Source: Flectonema sp. DT1601 (Eukaryota). From it: a stretch of DNA of 64,000 bases. How positions within the stretch are numbered: position 1 is the first letter of the stretch; each line of letters starts with the position of its first letter. Positions 1 to 11,500 of the stretch are shown here, in pieces. Below the pieces are notes generated by a model. The model worked only from the letters and a program-made list of their open reading frames with translations, did no database searches and was not told where the DNA came from. The stretch spans positions 1,054,001 through 1,118,000 of the forward strand of contig OZ025798.1 in assembly GCA_964019425.1 (NCBI GenBank), given 5' to 3'. Position numbers and translations under genes: made by a program.

Positions 1-1
1 A

Positions 2-49
2 GACATAATGACAGCAGAAAGGAAATCAGATGAAATAATACCATCGTGA
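2..49 (+). CDS. Possible 3' end of an upstream gene (partial)
   Basis: Open frame DIMTAERKSDEIIPS* from the window edge to TGA at 47-49, followed by a T-rich UTR-like tract. Too short to verify. Confidence 0.25.
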   Translation, partial: DIMTAERKSDEIIPS

Positions 50-368
50 GGGTTTAAGTTATCCTTTAGTTATTCTGCCAACCTGATTTGATAGGTCAGC
101 AATACCGATTTGCTGACGTTATTGAGTGTACCCTACTGCAGATACTTGTTGCTGACATTATTTCTTTAATAGGATATAATCATATTAAATAATTTGTCAT
201 ATATTTTACAGGTGAGCTTTGTATTGTTGGATGCTGCTGTTGGAGAGTTTTTTTGTAAATGTTTTTTTATTACACATGTTTGTTTTCTCGCAGGAGCTCT
301 CCCAACCAAAACCGGCCCCCGTAGCCTAAACACAGTTTCTGTGTTTTATTTAAAAAAAGTAAGAAAAG

Positions 369-2221
369 ATGTCAAACGCCGTGGAAAGTCTATTGCAGAG
401 GCTCAACCTGCAGCAGTACACGTCGGTGTTTGAGGAGCAGAACATCACTAACCCGAAGATTTTGAAAAGTCTTTCTGATGAGGATTATGAAAAGATGATC
501 CCAGATAATAGAGACAGAGAAATTCTTATCAAAGCGGTCAGCAGTGATTCTCACCAGAAAGGCGGAGGATTCCGTGAAGACCGTCGCGATTACTCCTACG
601 GCGGGGGAGGTAAGGGAAAGGGCTTCGGAAAGGGAGGAAAGAAGGGCAAGAAGGGAGGAAAGAAGTACGGTGGAGGGTACAACAATGACATGTACGACAA
701 CTTCAGTGGAGGAAAGGACTACGGCGGTAAAGGTTACGGAAAGGGAGGAGGTTACAAGGGTAACAGAGACAGACAGGACTTCAACAACTACGACGACGTC
801 CCTACTGATGACGACCTCATGAAGGACGGAAAGGTATGTTCTTATTAATAAATTATAAATCATAATTATAATCTCTTAATATACTTCTTAATAATAAACA
901 GGGAGGACCACAAGTACTTGAAGTTACCGTCACAATCCCATCATTCACTGTTCCATTCTTGTTAGCAAACAAGGCACAGAAGCTGAACAGTATCCATCAC
1001 AAGTACAGCACTACTAACAGTAGAATGAACAAACCTGAAAAGCCAAACACCTCAAAGGATGAAGATACCACATTCAGCTTATACGGACCAGTATGTCATT
1101 TTTTATTTAAATAGAACAAAGTGTTTAGGTTTCTGAGATGAAATATAAATTACAAACAGCCTGGTGATGTTGAACAAGCTAAGGCAGAAATTGAAAGACT
1201 TGTTGGTATTGAACGTCGTAACAAGTCTGAGATGAGATTTCAGGAAGCGTTGTTGGGAAGAACAAAGACAATCACTTCATTGTTGTACGCTCTTAACGAA
1301 CGTCGTGCAAACTTGGGGCTTGACACTGCACTTGCTTCAGAAACCATCCCAGAACACGTTTCCAAATATCTATTCTGTAACCCGTACGGACACATTAGAC
1401 AGTTTGTTATTAAGGTTCCAGAGAGATCAAGATCAAAGGTTGACATCATGGGTAAGATGCTTCACAAGGTTGCAAGTTGTCAAACTCTTGTGTTCTGCAG
1501 TAACGCTGAGCACATTGAGGACATTCTGTTGAAGAGAATTAAGCCTGAGCAATTGAGTGGATTACAACCACAGTTCGTGTACCCTGATTTACCAAAGGAC
1601 AAGAGAGCCAAGGTACTCGAAGAATTCGCAAAGGGTAAAGGTCCATTAGATAAGATTACTTACGTTAAGCGGAAGAACGAGGATGAGAAGGAGAAGACTG
1701 ACAGAAAGAACCTTGAGGACGAGTACGACATACAAGAAACCAACGTTGGAGGTTACGCTTCGGATAAGAACAGATTCTTAATCTCGACTGACGACTACGC
1801 GAGATTTGCGAGAAAGAATCCTATTCCTTACGTCAACCTCGTCTTCTGTTACGATTGTCCAAAGACTAAGGTATTTAATTTTAATGTTTTCTGTTCCAAT
1901 ACAAGTTAATAAATTGTCGACTTTCTAAAAACAACAACTACAGGAATCATACCTTCACAGAATTGCTTGCTGTGGAAGAGGAGGAAAGGCGGGTGTTGCA
2001 ATCACTCTCATCCATGACAATGACCAGGAGACGATTGTTCAGCTTCAGAAGTTTGGTCTTCAGATTAGAGTATGTGCTTCTTCGATTTATGTTTTATTAG
2101 TAGTCTTGAATGGGAGGATAGAAAAATAAAAAAATAATTTCAAAAACAGGAACTTCCAGAAAACTTCGAAGAAGCGATCGAAGTCTACACCGGCGATGAA
2201 ATGTTCGGATCGACAGTCTAA
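369..2221 (+). CDS. SAM + Gly/Lys-rich + KH + DEAD-box-type C-terminal RecA (Helicase_C) domain protein, ~520 aa, 5 exons
   Basis: Exons 369-833, 902-1090, 1160-1870, 1944-2069, 2150-2221 join in frame via GT-AG introns. SAM-like N-terminus (VESLLQRLNLQQYTSVFEEQNI...DREILIKAV). KH-like VTIPSFTVPFLLANKAQKLNSI...FSLYGPPGDVEQAKAEIERLV. Degenerate helicase motifs IV (TLVFC), V (LISTDDYAR) and VI (YLHRIACCGR). Confidence 0.85.
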
Positions 2222-2719
2222 GAGAGTTTTTCTGAATATTCTACTACACACATACATAACAAAATGTCCCAAAAAAGTTTCCCACATTCCCCTTTATGAT
2301 TTCTTGTTCTCTTCTTTCGGATGATGGCACTTCCCAGTTTGGGTTGTTTCATCGCTTTTTCTTAGATTCAACGTTCCCACTTCTTATTATCCACTTCACA
2401 TTTAGTTGGGCTCCGGCAGTCTCACCTGTTCATTAGGTTTCTTTTTTTTTTGGTGTTGCTTCAGTGTTTTATTGTCCCACAAAATTGGACTTTTTGCTTG
2501 CCTGATTTCCTCAATTAGGTCAAAGGTTCTTAGTAGCGACATTTATACCCATTTTCTACTTCTTCGGAAGGCAGTTCGCCTTTTTATTTTGCCTCTTTGT
2601 TATTATTTTCATTAAGGTTCCCTCTCGTCAAGTACTTTCTTTCTCAGTGTAAAACCCTTTTTAACGTTTCTTTTGTAGGCGTTGACTTAACTTGGGTCTC
2701 GGCGTTAGGAAATTGCGAG

Positions 2720-3500
2720 AAATTTAAAAAAAAAACAAAATAATAAAAATAAATAAAAATAAAAAACTTTAAAAGAATTGAAAAAAAAAAAAAAAAAAAA
2801 ATAGTTGGAAACAAGAACGGCAAAAAAAGAAGGAAGAAAAACAAGAAGAAAAAAAAAGAAAATAACAGTGACCACAATTTTAAAAAAATGTGAGGTGTTT
2901 GATACCCCTAAGAAGAAAAAGAAATGAAAAAAAAAAAAAACAAACAAGCATATTCCTTTCCTATACTTTTTTTTACCCCTCCCCGAAATCTTTTGTTTTC
3001 TTTTTTCCAAACTAATGTATTTTCTACATTACCTAGTCCTAAAGGAAATTGATTCACACTTATGCAGTGTATTGCAACAAGCAGAGAAGCATGGAAGGTT
3101 GAATTGTGGGGCTTCTGTGAATGGAAATAAGAAGTATGGACGACAAAAAAAAAAAAAAAAAAATGAACAAAACAAAAACAAAAACAAAAAAACAAAAAAA
3201 AATGGGATGATGACTGCGAAAAAATAAAACCAAAAAAAAAAAAAACCGGAAAAAAAAAAAAAAAAAAAGATGACAAACAGGAAATGGGAATTGTTGCTTC
3301 AAAACGAGTAGCTGTTCAAAGAGAGCAGTTAATATTCTTGTGGTGATGTCCGCCAATCCAAAAATGGGGTTCAAACGGAGAAGGAAAGAAAAAAAAAAAA
3401 AAAAAAAAACCAAAAAAAAAAAAAAAAAAAAGACTTCAAAGAGAAACAAAAAGAAACAAAAAAGACTTTTAAAAAAAAAAAAAAAGAGAAACAAAAAAAG
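2720..3500. repeat. Low-complexity poly(A)-run-rich intergenic block
   Basis: Many long A homopolymers on the + strand. These produce the spurious poly-K/poly-F ORFs in the track. Confidence 0.8.
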
Positions 3501-3746
3501 GAGCCAACCTACTTGGTGTGTTCCTTCGAGCGCATACTGTGTGCGTACGAGCTCTCACAGCTCGCACGCACAAAGATGACCAAATTTTTGCTCTACTGAA
3601 ACAAAAAAACAAAACAAAAAAAAGACAGTGTTCGAAGGGCAAGACATTCGGCTTCGACCATTTTGCTTTAAAAAATTGAATTCTGAAACTCAATAATTTG
3701 AAAAAAAAAATTTAAATTATTCTTTAAACCAGACTCTGGAGTAGTA

Positions 3747-5959
3747 ATGGAGAAGTACTCCAGACAAAAGGTAATTGGAAAAGGGTCATACGGCCAAGCA
3801 GTCGTTGTCAAGAGAAAGAGTGATGGAGTTGTCCTAGTCATGAAAGAAGTAAGACTTCAAGGATTAAAACTTGAAGAAAGAAGAGAAGCAAGAGCAGAAT
3901 GTGAACTACTATCAAGATTAAGACACCCAAACATTATTCAATACATAGAGCATTTTGAACAACGACAAGTACTATACATCGTTATGGAATACGCTGAAAA
4001 GGGAGATTTAGATGGAATGCTTAAACGATACGCTCAGAAACAAGCCCGTGCTCTGGGTGGCCACAGCAAAGGTCTTCCTCAAGAGCAAGCATTACATTAC
4101 TTTACACAGATATGTATGGGAATGAGATATCTTCATGAGAAGAAAATTTTACATCGCGATATCAAATGCGCGAATATATTCTTAACAGCGAGTAACGTAG
4201 TGAAGATCGGTGATTTTGGAATTTCAACAATTCTAAGAAATACCTTCGCTTTGGCGAGAACAGTCTGTGGAACTCCATATTACTTCTCACCAGAGTTATG
4301 TCAAAACAGACCATACAATAATAAAAGTGACGTTTGGGCAATTGGATGTGTTTTTTATGAATTGCTCACACTAAAACACCCGTTTGATGGTCAAAACATG
4401 AAACAACTAATGCAAAGAATCATAAAAGGAACTCCAGCCCCGGTATCAACTACTTATGATAAAGAAGTTCGTGAATTGCTAACTCAGATGCTATCGAAAA
4501 ATGATAAATCTCGACCTAATATGGGACAAGTACTAAGCACTCCTGTTATGAGAGGATCGTTAGAGAAATTACAGCAAGGATTAGGTCAGGCGACTATCCG
4601 AATGGACAAATTACCAAATTTCAAAGAATTGCTGTCGAGACATGCACAGATTCATCCAAAACCTCAATCTAACAACCACCTTCAACCTCAGCAACCTAAA
4701 AAGGGTATTACCCCAACACGGTTATCACCACGAGCCAATGCAGTTGATCACATTAGAGGTTTGCTATTTACTTTATTAAACTTATTCATTGTTAGACCCA
4801 CTTACAGTCAGTTCAATCAATCACTTCATAAAACAGGAGTTGACCCTCGAAGAGGACCAGCCAAGGACATTCATCCTAATGCTGCAAAGAAAGCTGAAGA
4901 AGCAAAGGTATAACCTTTTTCATATTTAAAAAAGTTTTCTTACGTAACGAGCATACAATTATACAACAAAAACAGCGATTCGACGCCATTGCGGAAAAGG
5001 GAAAAGAAGTTGCCATGTGGTATCAGAAAGAACAAAATAAACGGCAAGACGCGTTTCAAAAGAGAGAAGAACTAAACCCTGATGCAGCAAGAGGAAGGCA
5101 TGGTAAGAATCATAATCCGGGACATAGACGAAGAGGGTCAGCTCCAGTAACCTCTCCTACAGCTGAACCCAGTCCCAGACCAGGGAAGAGGCCGCCACCC
5201 CTGAATGTCGAACAGCCATCACATGGGAGGAGGGCAATGTCTGACAAGGAAGTTGAAGATCAAGAACGACAATACGATCAAAAACAAAAAGATAAAATGA
5301 AGGCAGTTAATGAAATGCTACTGGGAGCTGATAAAAAAGACAACGGAAGCAGCAGCGATCCTGGATCTAGACCTGGGTCTGGACCACTACACGGAAGACG
5401 TGCAACAGAACCTGCTCAAGTGTCACCAGCTAATAAGCCTGGTGCTCAACCTGAAGGTGAGCTTCACGGACAGTCACAGTTTGTTGCGTTGGATCAAAGC
5501 AGCAGCAGTAGTGAAGAAGAAGAAGACGAAGAGGACACTGAACTAAATGCAAACCGTAGGAATGAAGAATACAAACTAATGATGACCGACATAGGAACCG
5601 CCTTAAAGAAACCTGGAGGGTCTCAAGATTTCGGTGAAGATGCTGACTGCCCTCCCGCACTAGCACCGCAGACGAAAGCAGACCCACCTAAATTTATATT
5701 GGCCGGCGCAACACTTCGGTTGGACGTTTCTCCAACGGCGCCGTTGTCGCAGCGATCAGAAGTTTTAAGAGAATTTATTGACAAACAGATTGGAACTGAT
5801 GACTTTGTGAAATCTTATCATCTTATTAGTGACGGAGATTACTCCGAAGAATTGATATCTAAAGTTACAAAGATAGTCGGCGAGTCAAACAAGCAGTTGG
5901 TACCTCTCATCGCTCAACTAGTGTACTGCGATGATCAGGTTAATTTAAATCAAACTTAA
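3747..5959 (+). CDS. NEK1: NIMA-related Ser/Thr kinase (NEK1-like), ~688 aa, 3 exons
   Basis: Exons 3747-4758, 4837-4907, 4976-5959. Motifs GKGSYG, HRDIKCANIFL, GDFGIS, CGTPYYFSPE and PYNNKSDVW. C-terminal helical domain (SEVLREFIDKQIG...IAQLVYCD) resembles NEK1-type tails. Symbol is a family-level call. Confidence 0.93.
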
Positions 5960-7843
5960 CTTTTACTATAACCTCCTCTGAGTGATATATGTGTCCTGAG
6001 TTCGACCTTCTTGAAGAATATTTCTTTGTTGTTGATATGTTTCTGAGATATGTTGCTGAGTTAATCATTAAGTCTTACATACTTCTTCTCCCCATTTTCT
6101 GTGTATTACCTTTTTACTCACTTTTTTTTTTTTTTTTTTTTTTGTCCCGTCTAAAAGCATGTTTCATATCCCTTCGTGACGTCTTTATTACTACGTGAGT
6201 GCAAAGAAGATGTTTTTTTTCTTTCCCGACTTTCCAATTAGCATTGCACTTTTTTTCAGTCCCTTTGGAATTAACGACCATCTCGCAGTCGCTATATTTA
6301 TTTGAACGCAAGGCATCTTTCAAAAGTATGGGTATAGCATAACACCTGTTTAGGATGTATAATTAATTTCAACTTTTCCGATTCCAGCGACAAACGGGCT
6401 TCGGCTTGTGACCCCTCGTTTGGAGACACCAGTCAGGTGGGGAGTTTGGCTGGGGCCCCTGATTTATTTATCCAAGTCCCCCCTGAACCTTCCGTTAATA
6501 AGTATTTTATGAACTGATTGTCGCTTTGGCTTCTGGGATTGAGTTTTTTGATTTTTTTTTGTTTATGCAAATGTTTTTTGTATTGAGAATGAATTATCCT
6601 AAAAAGATGTAGGTTATTTTTTTTATAACAAAAAAACTCATATTGCATCTTTTTTTTGATAAGGCCGTGAGCTGAAGGAAAAAATTGAGTGGAACATTAC
6701 TGAAATTCGGAGCTGCTGTAACTCCGAAAGGAGCCTTAAGGGCAAGCTTATTTTACGTTTTTATGTATTTTTTGTATCTACAAACATTGTTCGGTAGAAA
6801 GAGAGGATTTTGCACCTGGTTACGCACAAACAAAACAACAGTGAGTAAAAAAGTAAAAAATAAAATTTGCCGATTCTTTTTTTTTAATATAATTTTTTAT
6901 TGTTTTTTCCCATTATTACGTTTGATTTGAAAAAAAAAAAAAAAAAATTGAATTTTATTATTACTTTTTTTTCTTTTTTTTTCAGTCGCCTATGCTGCTT
7001 TTCTCAGGCAGCTCGTTTTCCCCCGAATGTCGCTATGAGAAAATATTTGCACTAACTAACACTTGACATATTTTAATTGTCATCTTGTTGTAGTTGAGAG
7101 CCATACCTTTGCAATTTTTTTTTTTCCGAAATGCCTTTCCAGGTAGCAAAAAAACGCAATCTGAGAAATTAGCTAAAACTGAATGCAGAGATTACTAGAA
7201 GTTTGGGCCGCCATCCCCTCTTCCCAGATAGATCTTTTCGTATCGTATTAAGTCCCCTTCAGTTGTCAAACATACGATTTTGTGTGGACGGAATCCAGTT
7301 ATGATGCTACATGTTCCGATGTGATTTCATAGTCCAATCAGACTGAAATCTGAATGCAGAACTGGATAGTAGTACTTCTAATTATCTGACAAATTCCGGT
7401 GTTAAATTCTTTTTGTTTTTATTAAACCCGAGATTCATCGTTCTTGCACGGCTATGGCGTGCGGTGCATTGTGGGTGGGTTTACAAAACGCGGAGATGCT
7501 TTTTAAAAAAAGAAATTGTAAGAACTTAGAATCGAAACTTATCAAATTTCTAACAGAATTAACCCGAAGGCCATTGGGAAGCTGTTGGGAAAATTCCCCA
7601 TTTTTTTTCGCGAACAAAGGAGAACAATAGTCGCTCAGCGATTTTATTACACATTTGCGTTGTCCCGACTTAGTTAGTAGGCTCATAGTCACATTGATAA
7701 TAATGACAGGTTATGATGATAAGGTCGACTAGTGAGCATTGTTTGGTTGGTTTCTTTGTTGTAATGTCAATTAGTTCTCTCGCAAAATAAAATATTATTT
7801 TTCATCTCAGCTAGCACGAGGGGAGGGTGAAGATATTATTAAA

Positions 7844-8383
7844 ATGTACTTGCCAAGCAGCCGAAGCCTCTCACCGGTGAGAAGGCCGCCCGCAGTTGTG
7901 ACGGCAACAAACTCTCCTGTATTTCATTCTCCTGTATTTCCTAGTAGTCCGATGAGGTATCCTGTTAGTCGGATTGTTAATAAAGATCTTAGCGATTATA
8001 GTCTTCCAATTTGGCATCCGTCGGAGGGGATACCAGTTCAGGGATCACTTGTTTCTGAGCGACAGCAGCAGCAGCAGCAGCAGCAGTTTCCCGAACCTCT
8101 GCCTGAACCAGAACCAGAACTAAAAGTTCAGGTTCAAGAGCAAGTGTCGAAGCCAACTTCGACTTCACAAGCTGATGTAACACAGTCGCCAGCTCAACCG
8201 TCTCCAGCGCAACCGTCGCCGTCACCTTCTCCTCAAACTAAAAAGAAGCGTCGCTATTGGAGAAAGTTCGTCGAAGAATGGGAAAAAGGTGCTGCTGAGA
8301 GTTTTCTAAAAGGGGACCCTGCAACTGAGCAGCAGTTTAATCCCCCGCAGATGACTGAGTCGCAGAAACCTATCAACTTATAA
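7844..8383 (+). CDS. Hypothetical Pro/Ser/Gln-rich protein, 179 aa
   Basis: ATG ORF with coding-like GC content, preceded by a pyrimidine-rich AG (~7810). Contains (CAG)n polyQ and SPAQP repeats. No recognisable domain. Confidence 0.55.
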   Translation: MYLPSSRSLSPVRRPPAVVTATNSPVFHSPVFPSSPMRYPVSRIVNKDLSDYSLPIWHPSEGIPVQGSLVSERQQQQQQQQFPEPLPEPEPELKVQVQEQVSKPTSTSQADVTQSPAQPSPAQPSPSPSPQTKKKRRYWRKFVEEWEKGAAESFLKGDPATEQQFNPPQMTESQKPINL

Positions 8384-8580
8384 AAGGAAAAATGTCGCCC
8401 TTCAGACTTGTTGTATTTTGTTTTGTTGTATTGTGTTCTGTGCTATAGTCTGTGGTACTTCATCCTTCAGTATTCTTATTGTTGTTGACTGCTACCATGT
8501 ACTGATAACTTATGATTGTTTTGTTCTTAGTGCTTTAATTCAATTCATTCATTTTCAAGGACGGGGAATGCGGCTATAAT

Positions 8581-11500
8581 ATGGAACCCCATCCCCCGCT
8601 GACGCCGCAACCTCCGTCAGTCACCTCGAAAGAGTCGTCTGGCAATGGTAGTGACGGAGACAGTACACTTGATAGTTTTTTGTTGTTTTCTAGTACGCAG
8701 AAAGTACAGAGAAGGAGGCGGCCTGCACCAAGAGAATATCACTTGCTCCGTAAGAATGGTGGGAGGACAACACCCCTCTACGAGTACTCAGCTCAAGAAA
8801 CAAAAGATGACACGATGTTAGTCCCTTGTGAGGACGGAAGACTCGTACATCCTATATCAACGACAAAGAACGAACGTGGTAAAGAAGCTTGTCTACTTCG
8901 ATTCGCTTTAGGTGACGATGATGTTTTCAACAAGTCAAGTTTTGAACCAGGTTTCTATCACAACCCTTCTAGTAACACACCTAAACGATCACCTGTACCG
9001 TCATATTTGACTCCTGAAATGCGTGTTGCAGAAGATGGATCTCTCTCTCTTAGTAAGTTAGTGTCATCTCAGGATGTTATTAATTTCTTTGCCAATCCAG
9101 CCCGTGATCCGAATGTTAAATTTATTACACTAATTCCATGTCCTGAATGTCAGCGTTTTGATCCTTACGAACTCAAGGTCACAAAACCTCATCTTGCTCA
9201 AAATCGAGAACATTATGTCTTCAGCAGCACTGGTGTTGTACATGTCAGTCCCAACAGACCAACAGAGGTGATGCTTCTTTCTGAATGGATTAGAGAAACA
9301 TCTATCTTTTCAACGCTTCGAAGAGTGCAGTATGTTTACTTTTAAACTTTTCTCTTGTAGTCCAGAACCATATCATTCAAAACACAAAAACAAAACAGAT
9401 TCTTCAAACGATATCTAATATGCAAGGCATTTCAAAGATGGTATAAAAAAGTTAGATTAATTCTATTTAAGGCTGTGAGAGCTAAACTTGCGAGACAAAT
9501 GTTGTTAGCGAAGACGGTATTCACACCTGTTGTGTCAGCGTGTCATGATTTGGGATACCAAATGCAATGTATATCAGTAATATCATATCAGGCGAGGAAA
9601 GAGGCTGTGAATAACACAGTAGATCCAGGGTTTGCGAGGTTCAAATTACAGCAAATTGATAAGCGAATGTCTGCACTGAATGAACTGTCTGGCCTTCTTG
9701 ATCAAATAGAATGCGTGCTTCAACAATGCTGCCTTGAAGTTCAACAACGAGCTGATCTACCTGACGCAGCTTCGATGGAAGTAATCAAACAATATATCAA
9801 ATCACAACTCGAAGAGGAAGGCTCTGATCGTGTTGTTGTTCTTGACATTTCTAAACAACTTGATCAACGATATTTAAGAGAAATTGCGAGTAGATTCTCT
9901 GTTTCAATAACAACCTGTAAGGGGAATAACTTAACAATTCAGGGGAGTCATACGGCATGCTTACTTGTTAAGTCTGAGATAGAAAGAGTTTTTAACCTCC
10001 CTACCACACAGTTGAAGAGTATCAGATCTAAGATAAGAAGTATGACACACGAACGTGAAACAATAAAAACAAGAATTTCCAACATGAAACGATGCATGAC
10101 TGAAGTACAATGTTTGGGTAAGTTGATTCTACTCGTGAAGCACATAGTTGCTGAATCGATGTTTAAATCAGCCCTCATTCAAGGAAAACAACTTCTGCAG
10201 GCATCTGATGAAGATGGCAGTGAAAACACTATACTAATCCATATCAGATTGTTATATGAAAAAAAAGAAATAGCGTTCTCGCCTGACAGTGGTAGTATTA
10301 AACAATTGTTTTCTGATTTGTTATCAAGCGTGGTCGATACGATTCAAAAAGTAAGATTTTCTCAAAACTCAAAACTTCACCAGTATGCTGACATGAGAAG
10401 GATGCCGACGATACGAATTTCAAGTGACGAACGCTTTCAGTTTCTTCAATCACAACTATCCTCTTTGGTAGGATCATCCTTTGTCTTAGTCCAACAATTC
10501 ATAGGTAGATTCTCAGCAATAAACCCTCTCTATCGATATCTAACTACTGATTGGGATGATCTTAAAAAAGAATGGGCCAACCCTGAAGAAGTCGCTCCTC
10601 AATTCTTCAGGAATACTTTTTCAAACCTTAATCATGTCCGTAAAGAACTAATTAGAGTGTACAATAAAAGTATTGGACCATTACATGTTAATTTGCTTAC
10701 TATAAAAGATGAAATATTACCTATGCTGGAAAAGTGTGAAGATGATCTTGAAGAAGTTGTTGTGAAGAGTTGGAAAACGAGAGTAGAGCTTCTTCTGAAA
10801 GATATTAGTGAGACTAAGAGATTGGTTTCCGATACGTCAATGAAATTAGCGGCATTCTCAGCTTTGGCAAAAGTTATTAAGCAAGTAGACGCGACAATTC
10901 ACACGTTTGTATCGAGAGAACAAGAATCAGAAATTTTGTATGAAATAATTGAGAAGCGAAATTTTCAACTCACTATCAGATCTCGTGGACTACGAGACAG
11001 CCTTGTGGGCACTCCAACAGCTCTTGAAATGCTTCAAGTCGCATTCCAAACTGCTAAACACCACAAAGATGATAATATAAAAAAGATTACTATCGAAATA
11101 GAAGAACAAGCAGCTGTACTTGGAAGGGAAATTATGAAAATTGAAACAATATTATGCGAAGCGGCACTAACTGGAAGATCAACACAAGCAGAAACTGCTC
11201 TTCAGCAGCTATCTGACCTTGACAAGTTGTTACAAACAAAAGAGAAAGCAGTCCTTGAGTTGAATACTTGTTATGAAAACCTTGGTTTTGATCCTCTTGT
11301 AATCTCACCCAGTACTAGGACTATGCTTGATAATCTTAGAACTGCTTGGGAGTTATTGTCTTATTGGAAACATCATCGAAATCGAATGTATAAACTTCCA
11401 TTAAAAGAGGTTTGCGTACAAGACATCGAAAGAGAAGTCAATTCTTTTAATAAGAAAGCAGAACTATCACAATCAACACTCGACATTGATCTGACAACAC

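Noticed and set aside
390..863. Minus-strand and alternate-frame ORFs overlapping real genes (e.g. 390-863, 14013-14627, 40673-41263)
   Set aside because: They are shadows of the + strand CDSs, with no independent motifs and mostly non-ATG starts.
2406..3693. Numerous poly-Phe/poly-Lys ORFs in the track (also near 42612-43542, 55931-56732, 60622-62056)
   Set aside because: They are artefacts of A/T homopolymer runs in intergenic DNA.
7300..7355. Possible C/D-box snoRNA (atgatgc...ctga)
   Set aside because: The C box is imperfect, there is no convincing terminal stem and no rRNA target could be verified.
7844..8580. Joining the 179-aa ORF to the dynein gene as an extra 5' exon
   Set aside because: There is no GTATGT-like donor at a suitable position, and the AG at 8559 is pyrimidine-type, unlike the cis acceptors here.
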